Source: Gemmatimonadota bacterium (GTDB lineage: Bacteria > Gemmatimonadota > Gemmatimonadetes > Palauibacterales > Palauibacteraceae). Taken from it: a stretch of DNA of 61,736 bases. The stretch's first letter is position 1. Every line of letters starts with the position of its first letter. The DNA lies in assembly GCA_036476995.1 (NCBI GenBank), contig JAZGCO010000084.1:1-61736 (forward strand), in the 5' to 3' direction. The position numbers and the translations under genes were made by a program. Shown here one piece after another: positions 47,021-57,318 of this stretch. The notes below the pieces were generated by a model. It was not told the DNA's origin, ran no database searches, and was given only the letters and a program-made list of their open reading frames with translations.

Positions 47021-48120
47021 TGAATCACCCCGCCCCCGACGACCAGGTCGTCTCGGTACAGCACTGCGCTTTGTCCCGGTGTAACGGCGCCCTGCGGTGA
47101 CGCCAGCCGGAGCGCAAAATCTTTGTCCGAGACTTCTAGAACAGTGGCATCGACGATCGCCGCTCCATGTCGAATACGGACGCCCAGGATCTCACCCGGC
47201 CGCGGTGTCTCCGCGAGCCAGTTCGCGTCACCCGCCTGGAGGGCACAGGTAGCCAGTGCCGCACGCGGTCCCACCACCACCGCACGCTTCTCCGGGACGA
47301 TCTGGAGCACGAACAGAGGTGCGGAGGAGCCGCCAGGCAGCCCCTTCCGCTGGCCAACAGTGAAGCGTGCGTATCCCTGGTGGGTTCCGACCACGGTCCC
47401 ATCCTCCAATAACACGGGGCCAGCCGACAGGGAAGGATGATCTTCACCCAGATATCTACGCAGAACGCCGGCGTAGTCGTTGTCCGGGACGAAGCAGATC
47501 TCGAACGACTCCGCCTTGTCTGCGGTCCGCAGGCCCAGCTCGCGAGCCAGGGAGCGAACGGCAGGCTTATCCAGATCGCCGATCGGCAGCAGTAGCCGCG
47601 GTAACACAGATCGAGGGATTCCCCACAGGAAATACGTCTGGTCTTTGCGGTCGTCGGCGGCACGGCACAGTTCGGCCTCCGGTCCGGCACCCCGGATTCG
47701 AGCGTAATGACCCGTGGCGATAAAGTCGCATCCCAGCCGATCGGCGCGGCGCACCAGATCACCGAACTTCGTAAAGCTGTTGCAGCGCACGCACGGAATT
47801 GGTGTGCGGCCAGCGGCGTACTCGCTCACAAAATTGTCGATGACGTCCTGTGTGAAGCTTTCCTCCACGTCGAACACCGCATGCGGGATGTCAAGTCGGT
47901 TTGCGACGGACTTGGCGTCAGCGATGCCTTCGAGTCCGCAGCAGGACCGGCTTGCCCCCGGGGCCTCGCCGTAACAGAAGGTCTTCATCGTAGCGCCGAC
48001 AACCTGATAGTCCTGGCGACTGAGGATAGCCGCCGCCACGCTTGAATCCACGCCGCCTGACATGGCCATGAGAACGGTGCCCGGTGCGACCCGGGTGAAG
48101 GGAAGGGGAGTCACCATCAA
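47017..48120 (-). CDS. mnmA: tRNA 2-thiouridine(34) synthase
   Basis: [39 protein letters not shown] and PGQ motifs. Confidence 0.96.
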   Translation of the reverse strand: MMVTPLPFTRVAPGTVLMAMSGGVDSSVAAAILSRQDYQVVGATMKTFCYGEAPGASRSCCGLEGIADAKSVANRLDIPHAVFDVEESFTQDVIDNFVSEYAAGRTPIPCVRCNSFTKFGDLVRRADRLGCDFIATGHYARIRGAGPEAELCRAADDRKDQTYFLWGIPRSVLPRLLLPIGDLDKPAVRSLARELGLRTADKAESFEICFVPDNDYAGVLRRYLGEDHPSLSAGPVLLEDGTVVGTHQGYARFTVGQRKGLPGGSSAPLFVLQIVPEKRAVVVGPRAALATCALQAGDANWLAETPRPGEILGVRIRHGAAIVDATVLEVSDKDFALRLASPQGAVTPGQSAVLYRDDLVVGGGVIH

Positions 48121-48123
48121 GCG

Positions 48124-49326
48124 CTAGCCGGCCAGGAGTTCCTCGCAGCGTCGGCCCACCACCTGCAAGACCAGGTCGGCAGCTCGGTCGATGTCCTCGG
48201 CACTCGAGTCGTGGCCCAGGCTGAAGCGAAGGACGGTGTAGTCCCCAGTCTCGGCTACGCCCATGGCCTGCAGAACGTGGGAAGTCCGGCTCGCGCCGCT
48301 GCTGCAGGCCGAGCCTCCGCTCACGGCAAGCCCCAGGAGGTCGAGCGAGACGAGCACGACAGCCTGATCGCAGCCCGGGAATCCCACGCTGAGCAGGTTG
48401 GGAAGCCGCTGTGCGGCTTCCGCGCAGTGAATCTCGGCGTCCGGAATACCAGCTCGAATACGCTCGCCAAGCCGGTCCCGCAGCTGAGCCCAGTTCGCGG
48501 CGGCGGAGGGCATCTCTTCGACCGCCATTCGCGCCGCCTCGGCGAAACCAGCCGCAGCCATCGGATTCTGGGTGCCGGGCCACAGAGACCGCTCCTGCGA
48601 GCCTCCGTAGGCCAGCGGCTCCAGACCCACCCCATCGGCCACAAACAACAGCCCGATGCCCACGGGACCGCCCAACTTGTGGGCCGTAATCGTCAGCATG
48701 TCCACCGGCATGTCCTGGAGCGACACGGGAACCTTGCCGAAAGCCTGCACCGCATCCGTGTGACAGATCGCCCCATGCTCATGGGCCATCTCACAAATCT
48801 GGCCCAGCGGCTGCACCGTCCCCACCTCGTTGTTCGCCCACATGACGGACACAAGCGTACGTCGGTCAGTCGGCTCCTTGAGCAGGCTTTCCAGCGCGTT
48901 CAGATTGACGGTGCCGCAGGACTCCACCGGCAGGTAGTGCACTTCGCACCCATCCGCTTCGCAGTGCCTAGCCGCTTCCAGGACTGCCTTGTGCTCTACC
49001 GACGACACTATTAGCCGCGGCGGCTCCGGACAGCTGCGCGCAAAACCGAGCACGGCGAGATTATCAGACTGAGTTCCACCTCCGGTGAACACCATGCATC
49101 CATGGTCGCCGCTCAGCGCATCTGCCAGGACTCCGCGCGCCTCCTCAAGCCGTCCCTGCGCCCTGCGCCCGAAGGCGTGGGTGCTGGCCGGATTGAAATC
49201 CGCATGGCCGATCACCGCCGACATGGCCTCCCAAACTTCAGGACGCATCGGCGATGTCGCTGCGTGATCCAGGTAGATAGGCTTTCGAGCGTTCATGTCT
49301 GAATGTGCGAATACTTCGTCCGTCAC
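48124..49326 (-). CDS. iscS: Cysteine desulfurase (IscS/NifS group I)
   Basis: YLDHAAT, NNEVG, HTDAVQ, AHKLGGP and GSACSS motifs, adjacent to mnmA. Confidence 0.9.
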   Translation of the reverse strand: MTDEVFAHSDMNARKPIYLDHAATSPMRPEVWEAMSAVIGHADFNPASTHAFGRRAQGRLEEARGVLADALSGDHGCMVFTGGGTQSDNLAVLGFARSCPEPPRLIVSSVEHKAVLEAARHCEADGCEVHYLPVESCGTVNLNALESLLKEPTDRRTLVSVMWANNEVGTVQPLGQICEMAHEHGAICHTDAVQAFGKVPVSLQDMPVDMLTITAHKLGGPVGIGLLFVADGVGLEPLAYGGSQERSLWPGTQNPMAAAGFAEAARMAVEEMPSAAANWAQLRDRLGERIRAGIPDAEIHCAEAAQRLPNLLSVGFPGCDQAVVLVSLDLLGLAVSGGSACSSGASRTSHVLQAMGVAETGDYTVLRFSLGHDSSAEDIDRAADLVLQVVGRRCEELLAG

Positions 49327-49347
49327 GCCACAGATGAGACCCAGGAT

Positions 49348-50088
49348 CTACAGGGACCGGACGGATAGCTCGGCTATGTCGTTCGCTTCCATGGTCTCCT
49401 CCGTGTAGAACGGCTCGCCGAACCCCTTTCGGATCAGGGTCCCGTAGTGGCGTGCCTTGGCCTCGAGCAGCTCCAGAAGCGGTTGACCAGTGGGGAACGC
49501 CTCTCCTGCCGCCTGCGCTCCATCGAACTGCGATGCGTAACAGGCTATCGCGCGTCGCTTCCTGTCAAACTGGTCCGTGATGTCCACCACGAAGGTTGGC
49601 TTCACCGTGTCCTCGCGGTAGGCCAGCGAATGTAGAATCTTGTGCGGCCGGTGTGGCGGTTCGCCGTCCCCGAACTTGGCCAGACCCGAAAGAAAGCATG
49701 CATCCCGTCCGAGTTCTGCCACGACCCGGTGGTCCGGATGGCGGCCTCGCAGGAACGGCAGTATCACAACCCGAGGCGTGAGCCTGCGAATCAGGCTGAC
49801 GAGTCGCTCGCGTGTCTCCTGGTTGTTGAAGATGCCCGCGTCGGGAAAGCCGGCGTTGAGGCGCACACTGACACCGAGCACTTTGGCTGCCGCCTCCGCC
49901 TCGACCGCCCTTGCCTCGGCCGTACCCCGCGTCCCCATCTCTCCCGCTGTGAGGTCGATTACTCCTGTCGTGTATCCTTGATCGGCGCACCGGGCAAGCG
50001 TTCCGCCGCATGACAGCTCGACATCGTCGCGGTGCGCGCCGATTGCCAGAACATCGACTGGTCGCACTGCGGACAGATCAACCGTCAC
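49348..50088 (-). CDS. bshB1: Bacillithiol biosynthesis deacetylase (PIG-L family)
   Basis: AHRDDVEL, DLTAGEMGTRG, RHPDH, DIT, YASQF and EPF motifs. Confidence 0.8.
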   Translation of the reverse strand: MTVDLSAVRPVDVLAIGAHRDDVELSCGGTLARCADQGYTTGVIDLTAGEMGTRGTAEARAVEAEAAAKVLGVSVRLNAGFPDAGIFNNQETRERLVSLIRRLTPRVVILPFLRGRHPDHRVVAELGRDACFLSGLAKFGDGEPPHRPHKILHSLAYREDTVKPTFVVDITDQFDRKRRAIACYASQFDGAQAAGEAFPTGQPLLELLEAKARHYGTLIRKGFGEPFYTEETMEANDIAELSVRSL

Positions 50089-50115
50089 GAATGTCCCGAT
50101 TCATGATTCGGGGCA

Positions 50116-51408
50116 TCACTCGTACCTGAGAGCTTCCACCGGATCGAGCCGCGCACCCTTGGCCGCGGGGTAGAGACCGAAGCCGATGCCCGTGAGCGCC
50201 GACGCCACGAGCGCTGCGACGACTGACCACATCGGCACGGAGGCGGGCAATGGCGTAAAGGTGTTTACCAGCCACACCAGTCCGCCGCCCAGAAACAAGC
50301 CGACTGCGCCACCCACCAAGGTCACCGTGGCGGCCTCGACCAGAAACTGCCACAGCAGGTCTCGCCGGCGAGCCCCCATAGCCTTTCGAAGCCCGATTTC
50401 TCGGGTTCGTTCCGTGACGGAGATCATCATGATTCCTATCACACCTATTCCCCCGACCATGAGACCGACACCAGACAGCGCCACCATGGCTGCGAAAAAT
50501 ACTCCGGTGAGCCTGTTCCAGAAGTCCTGCATCTGATCCTGAGTGATCATGTCGAAGTTATCCGCTTCGGTTGGCCTCAGACCACGAAGCTGCCTCATCC
50601 GTCCACGAACTGTCTCGACGGCGTCCTCCAGCCTCGTTTCATCCGCGGGCTGGACCGTAATCCAGATCAGCCTGTCCCAGGGATTCAAATACTTCATGGC
50701 GGCGGAAAACGGGATGAATACCCAGTGACTCGAAAAACCCGCGAAAAGGTTGGTGGGCCGCCGGTATGTGCCGACGACCCGGAACGGCGCCCTGGGGCTT
50801 CCCGGGCTGCCGATTTTCATGTTCTTACTAAGCGGATCCCGGCCCTCAAACAAATCCAGCGCGGTCTGGGAATCGATCACGGCCACAGGCTGGTTGCGCT
50901 GTTCTTCGTTGGCCGTGAAGAAGCGGCCATCCGTCACGTCGCCCGCATCGATCTCCAGGTAGCCAGCGTCCACTCCGTAGAGTGAAATGCGTACGTCCTG
51001 GCCGGACTGCTCCGCCATGAAAGGCATGCCCGACAGATCAACGCCCGCGCTGGCCCGGCGGATACCGGGCAGCCGGCCCAGTTCCCGCGCCCAGTCGGGG
51101 TCGAGCGGCGGGTTCTTCATAAATTCGCTCTCTTCTTCGTCGAGCGGCCCACTGACGCCTCCCGCGAAAGAGGCGTGCACCACATAGAACGTGTTCGGAC
51201 CGGCCGAGGCGATCGCATCCTGGAAACTCGAGTTCAGTCCCTGGACCATGGCCGCCATCACCATCACGACCATCACACCGATTGTGACTCCGAGAATCGT
51301 GAGCGCGCTGCGCACCTTGTTACCGCGGAGCGAGTCCAGTGCCACGCGAACGCCTTCCAGCAACGTGGAACCGATGCCCATCCCGGACCGCCGAGATCTG
51401 CTACTCAT
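50116..51408 (-). CDS. ABC transporter permease (MacB/YknZ type)
   Basis: NKVRSALTILGVTIG and GGIGVIGIMMISVTERTREIGLRKAMGA motifs. Confidence 0.92.
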   Translation of the reverse strand: MSSRSRRSGMGIGSTLLEGVRVALDSLRGNKVRSALTILGVTIGVMVVMVMAAMVQGLNSSFQDAIASAGPNTFYVVHASFAGGVSGPLDEEESEFMKNPPLDPDWARELGRLPGIRRASAGVDLSGMPFMAEQSGQDVRISLYGVDAGYLEIDAGDVTDGRFFTANEEQRNQPVAVIDSQTALDLFEGRDPLSKNMKIGSPGSPRAPFRVVGTYRRPTNLFAGFSSHWVFIPFSAAMKYLNPWDRLIWITVQPADETRLEDAVETVRGRMRQLRGLRPTEADNFDMITQDQMQDFWNRLTGVFFAAMVALSGVGLMVGGIGVIGIMMISVTERTREIGLRKAMGARRRDLLWQFLVEAATVTLVGGAVGLFLGGGLVWLVNTFTPLPASVPMWSVVAALVASALTGIGFGLYPAAKGARLDPVEALRYE

Positions 51409-52648
51409 GTCCCAGCGCCACGACCGGATCCTGCTTGGCGGCTTTGTGTGCAGGGTAGAGCCCCGATCCTACCCCGACCAACAAACCCAGGGCGAGAGAA
51501 AGCCCAATTGCCCACGAGGGCACCGAAGCAGGCAGCGCGGTCGTGGCGTCTACGAGCTTCCCGAGAAGAATGCCCAGGCCTATGCCGATGGCGGCGCCGA
51601 ACAAAGACAGCGTCGAAGACTCGGCGAGAAACTGCAGCATGACGTCCTTACGGCGAGCCCCGAGTGCCTTGCGGATCCCGATCTCACGGGTCCGGCTGGC
51701 GACGGACAGCAGCATGATGTTCATGATCACGATCCCTCCCACAACCAGCGCAATCAGCGTCAGGCCCGGAAGAGCGGCCAGCAACACCCGGTTGATCGTC
51801 TCCCAGAGTCCTAGAATTTCGCTGGAGGTTTGAATGTGGAAGTTGTTTTCTTCACCCGGCCTCAGTCCGCGCGCGGTTCGAAGCGCCGCCTCGGTCTCCA
51901 GAATCGCGGCATCCATCTCCTCCAATGACCGCATCTTGACCTGAATGTCCTCTACGCGCTCGCGGTCGCTCGAAAACGTCTGTCGATAGGTTGAGAAGGG
52001 AACCAGCATCGACGCATCCCGGATGTTGCCCAGGAATCCGCCCTGCGCTTCCCAGACGCCCACTACCTCGAACCGGTGCGCACCCACCCGAATACGCTTG
52101 CCCAGCGGCGTGACATCCGGAAACAAGCGGTCCGCGATCTGAGAGCCAATAATCGCCACCTTGAGGCCACGTCTCTGATCCAGTGTCGACAGCCCCCGGC
52201 CTTGATCGACCTCCCAGCCCTGCAGCACTTCGTATTCGTCCGAGCCTCCGATGATGCGGATGTTTCGCCTCCGCTTCTCGCGATACGTCGCACCTTCGCC
52301 TAAAAACGCGTCCGACGAATACGCGAAGCGCCACGCGTCCGGAGCCGCTGCCTTTACTACCTCGGCGTCTGCAATCGTCAGATCAGGATTCCGCGACTCT
52401 CTCCGCCGCCGAGCTTCCGATTCGCTACCCGTGGTGACGTTCGTACGGCGCACCACGGTGAAGGTGTTTACTCCGAAGATAGACCCCGCGAAGTCGTCCT
52501 GAACGTACCGGTTCATGCCCTCCACAACCGTGATTACGGCTATGAAGAACGTGATCCCTATTATCACGCCGATCAAAGTGAAGAACGACTTCAGCTTGTG
52601 GGCGCGGATTTGCTGGAGCGCCATCAAGATGCCTTCGGCGAATTTCAT
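51401..52648 (-). CDS. ABC transporter permease (MacB/YknZ type), second paralog
   Basis: KLKSFFTLIGVIIG and GGIVIMNIMLLSVASRTREIGIRKALGA motifs. Start MKFAEG at 52648. Confidence 0.92.
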   Translation of the reverse strand: MKFAEGILMALQQIRAHKLKSFFTLIGVIIGITFFIAVITVVEGMNRYVQDDFAGSIFGVNTFTVVRRTNVTTGSESEARRRRESRNPDLTIADAEVVKAAAPDAWRFAYSSDAFLGEGATYREKRRRNIRIIGGSDEYEVLQGWEVDQGRGLSTLDQRRGLKVAIIGSQIADRLFPDVTPLGKRIRVGAHRFEVVGVWEAQGGFLGNIRDASMLVPFSTYRQTFSSDRERVEDIQVKMRSLEEMDAAILETEAALRTARGLRPGEENNFHIQTSSEILGLWETINRVLLAALPGLTLIALVVGGIVIMNIMLLSVASRTREIGIRKALGARRKDVMLQFLAESSTLSLFGAAIGIGLGILLGKLVDATTALPASVPSWAIGLSLALGLLVGVGSGLYPAHKAAKQDPVVALGHE

Positions 52649-52655
52649 CGAACGT

Positions 52656-53381
52656 TCACGTTGCCGCGCCGAAGATGTGGGGCACCAAGTGTGCGTCCCT
52701 TGACTCGATCTCACCATCTCTGAGCGTAATGGTCCGCTGTGCTCGGGTGGCGATGTCATATTCGTGCGTCACCATGATGATCGTCTGACCCTGTGCATGC
52801 AGATCATCGAACACCTGCATGATCTCCGCTGAAGTGCTCGAATCCAGATTGCCGGTGGGTTCGTCTGCCAGGAGAATCGACGGCTGGTTGACGAGCGCCC
52901 GCGCGATCGCCACCCGTTGCCGCTGCCCTCCTGAGAGTTCATTGGGCTTGTGGTCCATGCGGTCGGCCAGATCGACGATTCGGAGCGACTCTTTCGCCCG
53001 TTCGATTCGCTCTCTGGCCGATACTCCGGCGTAGATCAGCGGCAGTTCAACATTGTGGAGAGCGGTGGCTCTGGGGAGCAGGTTGAAGGTCTGAAACACG
53101 AACCCGATCTCACGGTTTCGAATCCGCGCCAGTTCGTCGTCGTCCAGATCCTGCACTGCCTGGCCGTTGAGCATGTATTCGCCCGCCGTCGGTGTGTCCA
53201 GGCACCCGATCAGGTTCATTAGGGTGGACTTTCCCGAGCCCGACGGACCCATGACGGCGATATATTCGTTGGCCTGGATGTCCAGATCCACCCCCCGCAG
53301 AGCGTACACCGTCTCAGCCCCCATCACGTATTCTTTTCGCAGTCCCCTGGTCTGTATCAGGGTGCCTGTTTCGTCAGTCAT
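52656..53381 (-). CDS. ABC transporter ATP-binding protein (MacB/YknY type)
   Basis: [17 protein letters not shown] and ADEPTGNLD motifs. Confidence 0.95.
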   Translation of the reverse strand: MTDETGTLIQTRGLRKEYVMGAETVYALRGVDLDIQANEYIAVMGPSGSGKSTLMNLIGCLDTPTAGEYMLNGQAVQDLDDDELARIRNREIGFVFQTFNLLPRATALHNVELPLIYAGVSARERIERAKESLRIVDLADRMDHKPNELSGGQRQRVAIARALVNQPSILLADEPTGNLDSSTSAEIMQVFDDLHAQGQTIIMVTHEYDIATRAQRTITLRDGEIESRDAHLVPHIFGAAT

Positions 53382-53437
53382 AGTTGCCCTTGGTTCCTGT
53401 AAGTTCCGCCCGGTGGCGGCTCTCTCAGTACGACAGA

Positions 53438-54742
53438 TCAGGAGTCGGTCGCGTCAGCCTTCCTATCCTCGTCCTTTACTTTCACTTCGTCTCCGTCTTT
53501 CAGGCTACGGATCGCCTGATAGGATCCCGATATTACCGTGGCGCCTTCCTCCAGGCCGTCGGTTACTTCGAAGTAGTTATCGCCGGCGATTCCGATCTCG
53601 ACGGGCTGGAAGCGTGCGATGCCCTCCGTCACCACGAAGACACCTTCGACTTCTTCAGTCTCCTCATCCGTTGAGCTGTCGCTCGAACCCGCCCCTTCCG
53701 AATCGCCGGCTGCCGCCTGGTTCTCATTCGGCATGAACTCGAATTCGTCCGATTCGAGCAGAGTCAGCGCAATGATAGGAATGGCCAGCACGTCGGGACG
53801 AACCGCCGTAATGACGTCTGCGGTGGCCGACAGATCGGTTCGAAGTTCGGAATCAGGGTCCTCCAGCATGATGCGAACCTCGAAGTCGATCGCCTGGTCC
53901 GAACTGGACTGAAGGTTCGATCTTGGCCGAATCGAGCTGTTACCGATCTTGGTGACTACACCCGTGAATTCCCGGCCCGGAAAAGCGTCGATGGCGACCG
54001 CCGTGGAATCTCCCAGCTTGATCTCGGGAATATCCGTCTCGTCTACCTCGATGACCGCTTCCATGACAGACAGATCCGATACGGTCAGCAGGAGGCTCCC
54101 CGGATTATTCATCGTGCCGACGATGGCCGTCTCTCCTCGCTCGACGTTGAGACGCGTAACGCGGCCGCTTATCGGAGCCCTGATGACCGTCTTGGACAGC
54201 TGGTCTCTCGACTCGCTGACGCTCGCGCGGGCGATCCCGACACCGTGGCGGGCCGACTCCGAAAGTGCTTTCTGGACTTCCGCCTGGGTGCGTGCCGTCT
54301 CATACTCGATGTCTGTTACGAGATCCCCGACTGACTCTTTCAGCTGACGGATCCGGTCCCAGTCGCGCTGTGCCTGGTTCGCGTTCGCCTTGGCCTGTAC
54401 CTGACGCGCCTGCGCGTCCGCCAGACCCGCAAGCGATCGCTCCAGCGCTGCCTCGAATCTGGCCGGGTCAATGACCATGAGAAGCTCACCTTCGGCGACG
54501 TCCTGGCCCTCCTCGACCGTCAATTCGACGATCCGGCCCGAGACATCAGCGCTGATGTCCACCGAGGTTTCGGGCTCGATATGACCGGTGGCGGTCACGC
54601 GCGAGACCAGTGTTCGGCGTCCCACTTCCTCCGTCTTCACCTCCACCGCGTCCGATCTGCCGCTGCTCAGCGCAAGCACCGCGAACAGCGCGAGCACTGC
54701 CACGACACCCACGCCAATAAAAGCCTTCTTTTTGTTGGACAT
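53438..54742 (-). CDS. Membrane-fusion (MacA/YknX-like) periplasmic adaptor
   Basis: N-terminal TM, lipoyl-like [12 protein letters not shown], helical hairpin, APISG and VDETDI. Confidence 0.92.
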   Translation of the reverse strand: MSNKKKAFIGVGVVAVLALFAVLALSSGRSDAVEVKTEEVGRRTLVSRVTATGHIEPETSVDISADVSGRIVELTVEEGQDVAEGELLMVIDPARFEAALERSLAGLADAQARQVQAKANANQAQRDWDRIRQLKESVGDLVTDIEYETARTQAEVQKALSESARHGVGIARASVSESRDQLSKTVIRAPISGRVTRLNVERGETAIVGTMNNPGSLLLTVSDLSVMEAVIEVDETDIPEIKLGDSTAVAIDAFPGREFTGVVTKIGNSSIRPRSNLQSSSDQAIDFEVRIMLEDPDSELRTDLSATADVITAVRPDVLAIPIIALTLLESDEFEFMPNENQAAAGDSEGAGSSDSSTDEETEEVEGVFVVTEGIARFQPVEIGIAGDNYFEVTDGLEEGATVISGSYQAIRSLKDGDEVKVKDEDRKADATDS

Positions 54743-54815
54743 GCCTGTATTGTCGTTCCTTTGCCAGGCGCTCTAAAATAGCGCCAGTCGAATGGCTACT
54801 GCAGTCTGAGTCTCT

Positions 54816-54842
54816 TACGTGGACGGAATGGTTCAGGTTTCG
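54816..54842 (-). promoter_or_regulatory. ECF sigma-type promoter upstream of the MFP-ABC genes
   Basis: Minus strand CGAAAC-N17-CGTA, about 75 bp upstream of the MFP start. Resembles the SigW-class TGAAAC-N16-CGTA. Confidence 0.55.
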
Positions 54843-54963
54843 GCGCCGTAGTCAGTCCCGCCAAGCGATAAACACCCGGACACTGTGCTCGGTTGTGGCG
54901 CACCGGGGCCCGCCCGGCCCCCGGAGCTGAGCTGGCTCCGTCGCAGCTCTTCGCGAGGGAGGC

Positions 54964-55692
54964 CTAGCCGGCCAGGCCTCCGATCGCGGCCCCGATAAAC
55001 TTGATTACCACGTAGGTCCCAAGCAGGATCCCGACCGCAGTCCCCGTGCTGACCTTGGGGTACAACCGGCTCATCGCGATTCCTAGCACGACTGCGGTCC
55101 AGATCCCGAACAAATTCAGCCCGTTCAAGAACTTGAATGCGAAGCTGCCGGAGTCCATTCCCGGGGCCAGCAGGCCGAGCGACATGGCTGTATCGAGGCT
55201 GCCGCGCGCCAAGATCAGTGGCAGTGTCACCAGTCCCCCGACGATTCCTATCAGGTTGGCGTGCGTGGTGAAGGCGAAAAGCTGCTTGAAGCTGGCTTCC
55301 CCGCCCATGAGGAGGTTGAAAACGAGTAGCAGGAAAACCGCGATGATCAGTAACATGATGGGCTGGAAGACAGCCGGGCCCAACCAGCGCAACACTCCAG
55401 CCAGACCAGCCTGTGACTCCATGGCTTCCATCTGCTCCGGTGTCGCGTCCGCCGGAACCTGCGCCATCATCATCTCCTCGATGAGCTCCAGGGGGATCAG
55501 CGCGACGATCGCGATCCCGACTCCGACAGCGAGAAGGAGCGCTCCGAGCCAGCGCGGCTTTCCACCGAGCGCATCGAACAGCTTCGCGGGTGAGGTCAGC
55601 ACTTGTACGAACCGGACCATCAGGTTCGGCAGTGTCGGCTCGGCCGTAACAGGCCCGGATTCGATCGGCGCAGCACCCATTCCGTCATCCAT
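54964..55692 (-). CDS. Yip1-domain membrane protein (YknW-like)
   Basis: VLTSPAKLF...PRW, five TM helices, GGEASFKQ and NLFGIW. Lies upstream of the MFP-ABC genes. Confidence 0.8.
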   Translation of the reverse strand: MDDGMGAAPIESGPVTAEPTLPNLMVRFVQVLTSPAKLFDALGGKPRWLGALLLAVGVGIAIVALIPLELIEEMMMAQVPADATPEQMEAMESQAGLAGVLRWLGPAVFQPIMLLIIAVFLLLVFNLLMGGEASFKQLFAFTTHANLIGIVGGLVTLPLILARGSLDTAMSLGLLAPGMDSGSFAFKFLNGLNLFGIWTAVVLGIAMSRLYPKVSTGTAVGILLGTYVVIKFIGAAIGGLAG

Positions 55693-55715
55693 GTTCAGCC
55701 TCTCTCGTCATGATA

Positions 55716-56435
55716 TCAGCCTCCTTGGAGCCGCCGGGCTTCCCACCCGGTGGACCGATTCAAAACTCTGATCAGGCGACTTCCGTCCCGACTGGTCCAT
55801 ACCGAGCGTTCCTCTCCGCCTACGGTCAGGTCGATCCGAACCGCCCGCTGCGACGAACCGTCTACCTCGGCCGTGACTTGTGAAACTCCGGTAATCGCTG
55901 CTCTCATCACCCGGCCCTCCCGGGGAACCAGCACCCGCAGGACATCGCCCGCCTGATGATTGGCCGCTACGACCCGCCGGGCGAGGAAGTAATAGTGGTG
56001 CGCGACGCCATCCTCAAGTATCAAAATGGCCGGAGGTGCGACGACCTCCTTGACCCGCTCTCCACGGGCGCCCCGGGTCGTGAGCTGGAGCCGGTTCGCT
56101 CCGAGGGGGACCACTTCGATTCGCGGACCGTTTGCGCTTCGACTTCTCAGATCATAGCGAATCAGGCTGAAATCGGCGGCCACCCTGAAACCGACCCGAA
56201 AGGGCTCTCCACGGCCCGGTACAGCGCTGATCCGGCCGACCGCGATGATCCCGTCTCCTTCGGCCCGGATCGCGAAGACCTCTGTGCCGACGACTCCATC
56301 AGCCGTACGGAGTTCGAATCGGCCCGTGTCTATTACGTCCGGCTCTTGGGCGCCGGCCAGGGCCGGCGTGATCGCCATGATTGCGGCGGCGCAAATGACG
56401 CGCCAGGGCGACACTCGTTGGTCGGAGAGCTTCAT
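55716..56435 (-). CDS. Hypothetical exported beta-rich protein
   Basis: Signal-peptide-like segment ending ALAGA-Q and a beta-strand-rich mature part. Start uncertain. Confidence 0.6.
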   Translation of the reverse strand: MKLSDQRVSPWRVICAAAIMAITPALAGAQEPDVIDTGRFELRTADGVVGTEVFAIRAEGDGIIAVGRISAVPGRGEPFRVGFRVAADFSLIRYDLRSRSANGPRIEVVPLGANRLQLTTRGARGERVKEVVAPPAILILEDGVAHHYYFLARRVVAANHQAGDVLRVLVPREGRVMRAAITGVSQVTAEVDGSSQRAVRIDLTVGGEERSVWTSRDGSRLIRVLNRSTGWEARRLQGG

Positions 56436-56523
56436 GGATCCGCTAGTTCCTCGAGACGTGGCCAGGCCTGGAAAATCGAACCCCAAACTTCCTACACCAG
56501 GCCCGCTGCGTCCAGTATCCGAG

Positions 56524-57315
56524 CTACAGTCGGCGGATCGAGTCCAGGTCTATCTTGAAGACCAGAAGATCTCCGACACGTTCCACCTCGCCCTCGACCT
56601 CAATAGGCGCGGCGACATACTTCAGAGCGTCGGGACCCAGCGCCTTGCCGTCGGGTCGGGCCAGCACATAGCTCACAAGGCTTCCGTCGGGCCGAAAAGA
56701 CGCGAACATCGGGGGTACGCCGCTAGCCAGGCAGTACGTCGCACAGCCCCTGTGTGTCTTCCCCTGTCCGGGAATCATGCCGCCCAGGAAGCACTTGTGG
56801 TCTACGATCTTGCCTTTGAGCCGGAAATGCCCCAGCGGTTCGGGCGTGAAAGCAACCCATGTTGAGGTGTCCACCTCGTCCGGGTCGGCCAGGCGCAGTT
56901 GATTGCCGCCGCTCAGCCCTACCTGAAGAAGGCGAGTTCCGTCTCTGGTGAAGAAGGCGCCTCCGACCTGCACCGGCTTGCCGTTCAACTCTCGGGCCTT
57001 GTCCGCCGGGACACCGTGTTTGCCGGGCCGGTGCATGAGCACCGTACCGCCATCCGGATCTTCGGCTGTAGGCGCGATGTGCAGCATGGGGTATGGATCC
57101 GCCTGGAAGATTCCGCCCAGGACCGGGGCCCTCACCAGCCGCGTGGTCGGAGGCGCCTTCTGCGCCAGATAAAGGCCGAAGGCCAGTCCGGACGACGCCA
57201 GTAACAGGACGAACGCTACGACGAGCGAAAACACGCGTAGACGAACCGGCATCTTCCGGTACCCAATGTAGAACTCGTCCCGATTCGAGATCTTCGCTCG
57301 GTCTTCCATATCCAT
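56524..57315 (-). CDS. Membrane-anchored hypothetical protein with a DHKC...HRGCATYC motif
   Basis: EFYIGY, one TM helix, then IVDHKCFLGGMIPGQGKTHRGCATYCLASGVPP and a C-terminal OB-like VEGEV. Starts 3 bp after the upstream stop. Confidence 0.8.
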   Translation of the reverse strand: MDMEDRAKISNRDEFYIGYRKMPVRLRVFSLVVAFVLLLASSGLAFGLYLAQKAPPTTRLVRAPVLGGIFQADPYPMLHIAPTAEDPDGGTVLMHRPGKHGVPADKARELNGKPVQVGGAFFTRDGTRLLQVGLSGGNQLRLADPDEVDTSTWVAFTPEPLGHFRLKGKIVDHKCFLGGMIPGQGKTHRGCATYCLASGVPPMFASFRPDGSLVSYVLARPDGKALGPDALKYVAAPIEVEGEVERVGDLLVFKIDLDSIRRL

Positions 57316-57318
57316 GCC

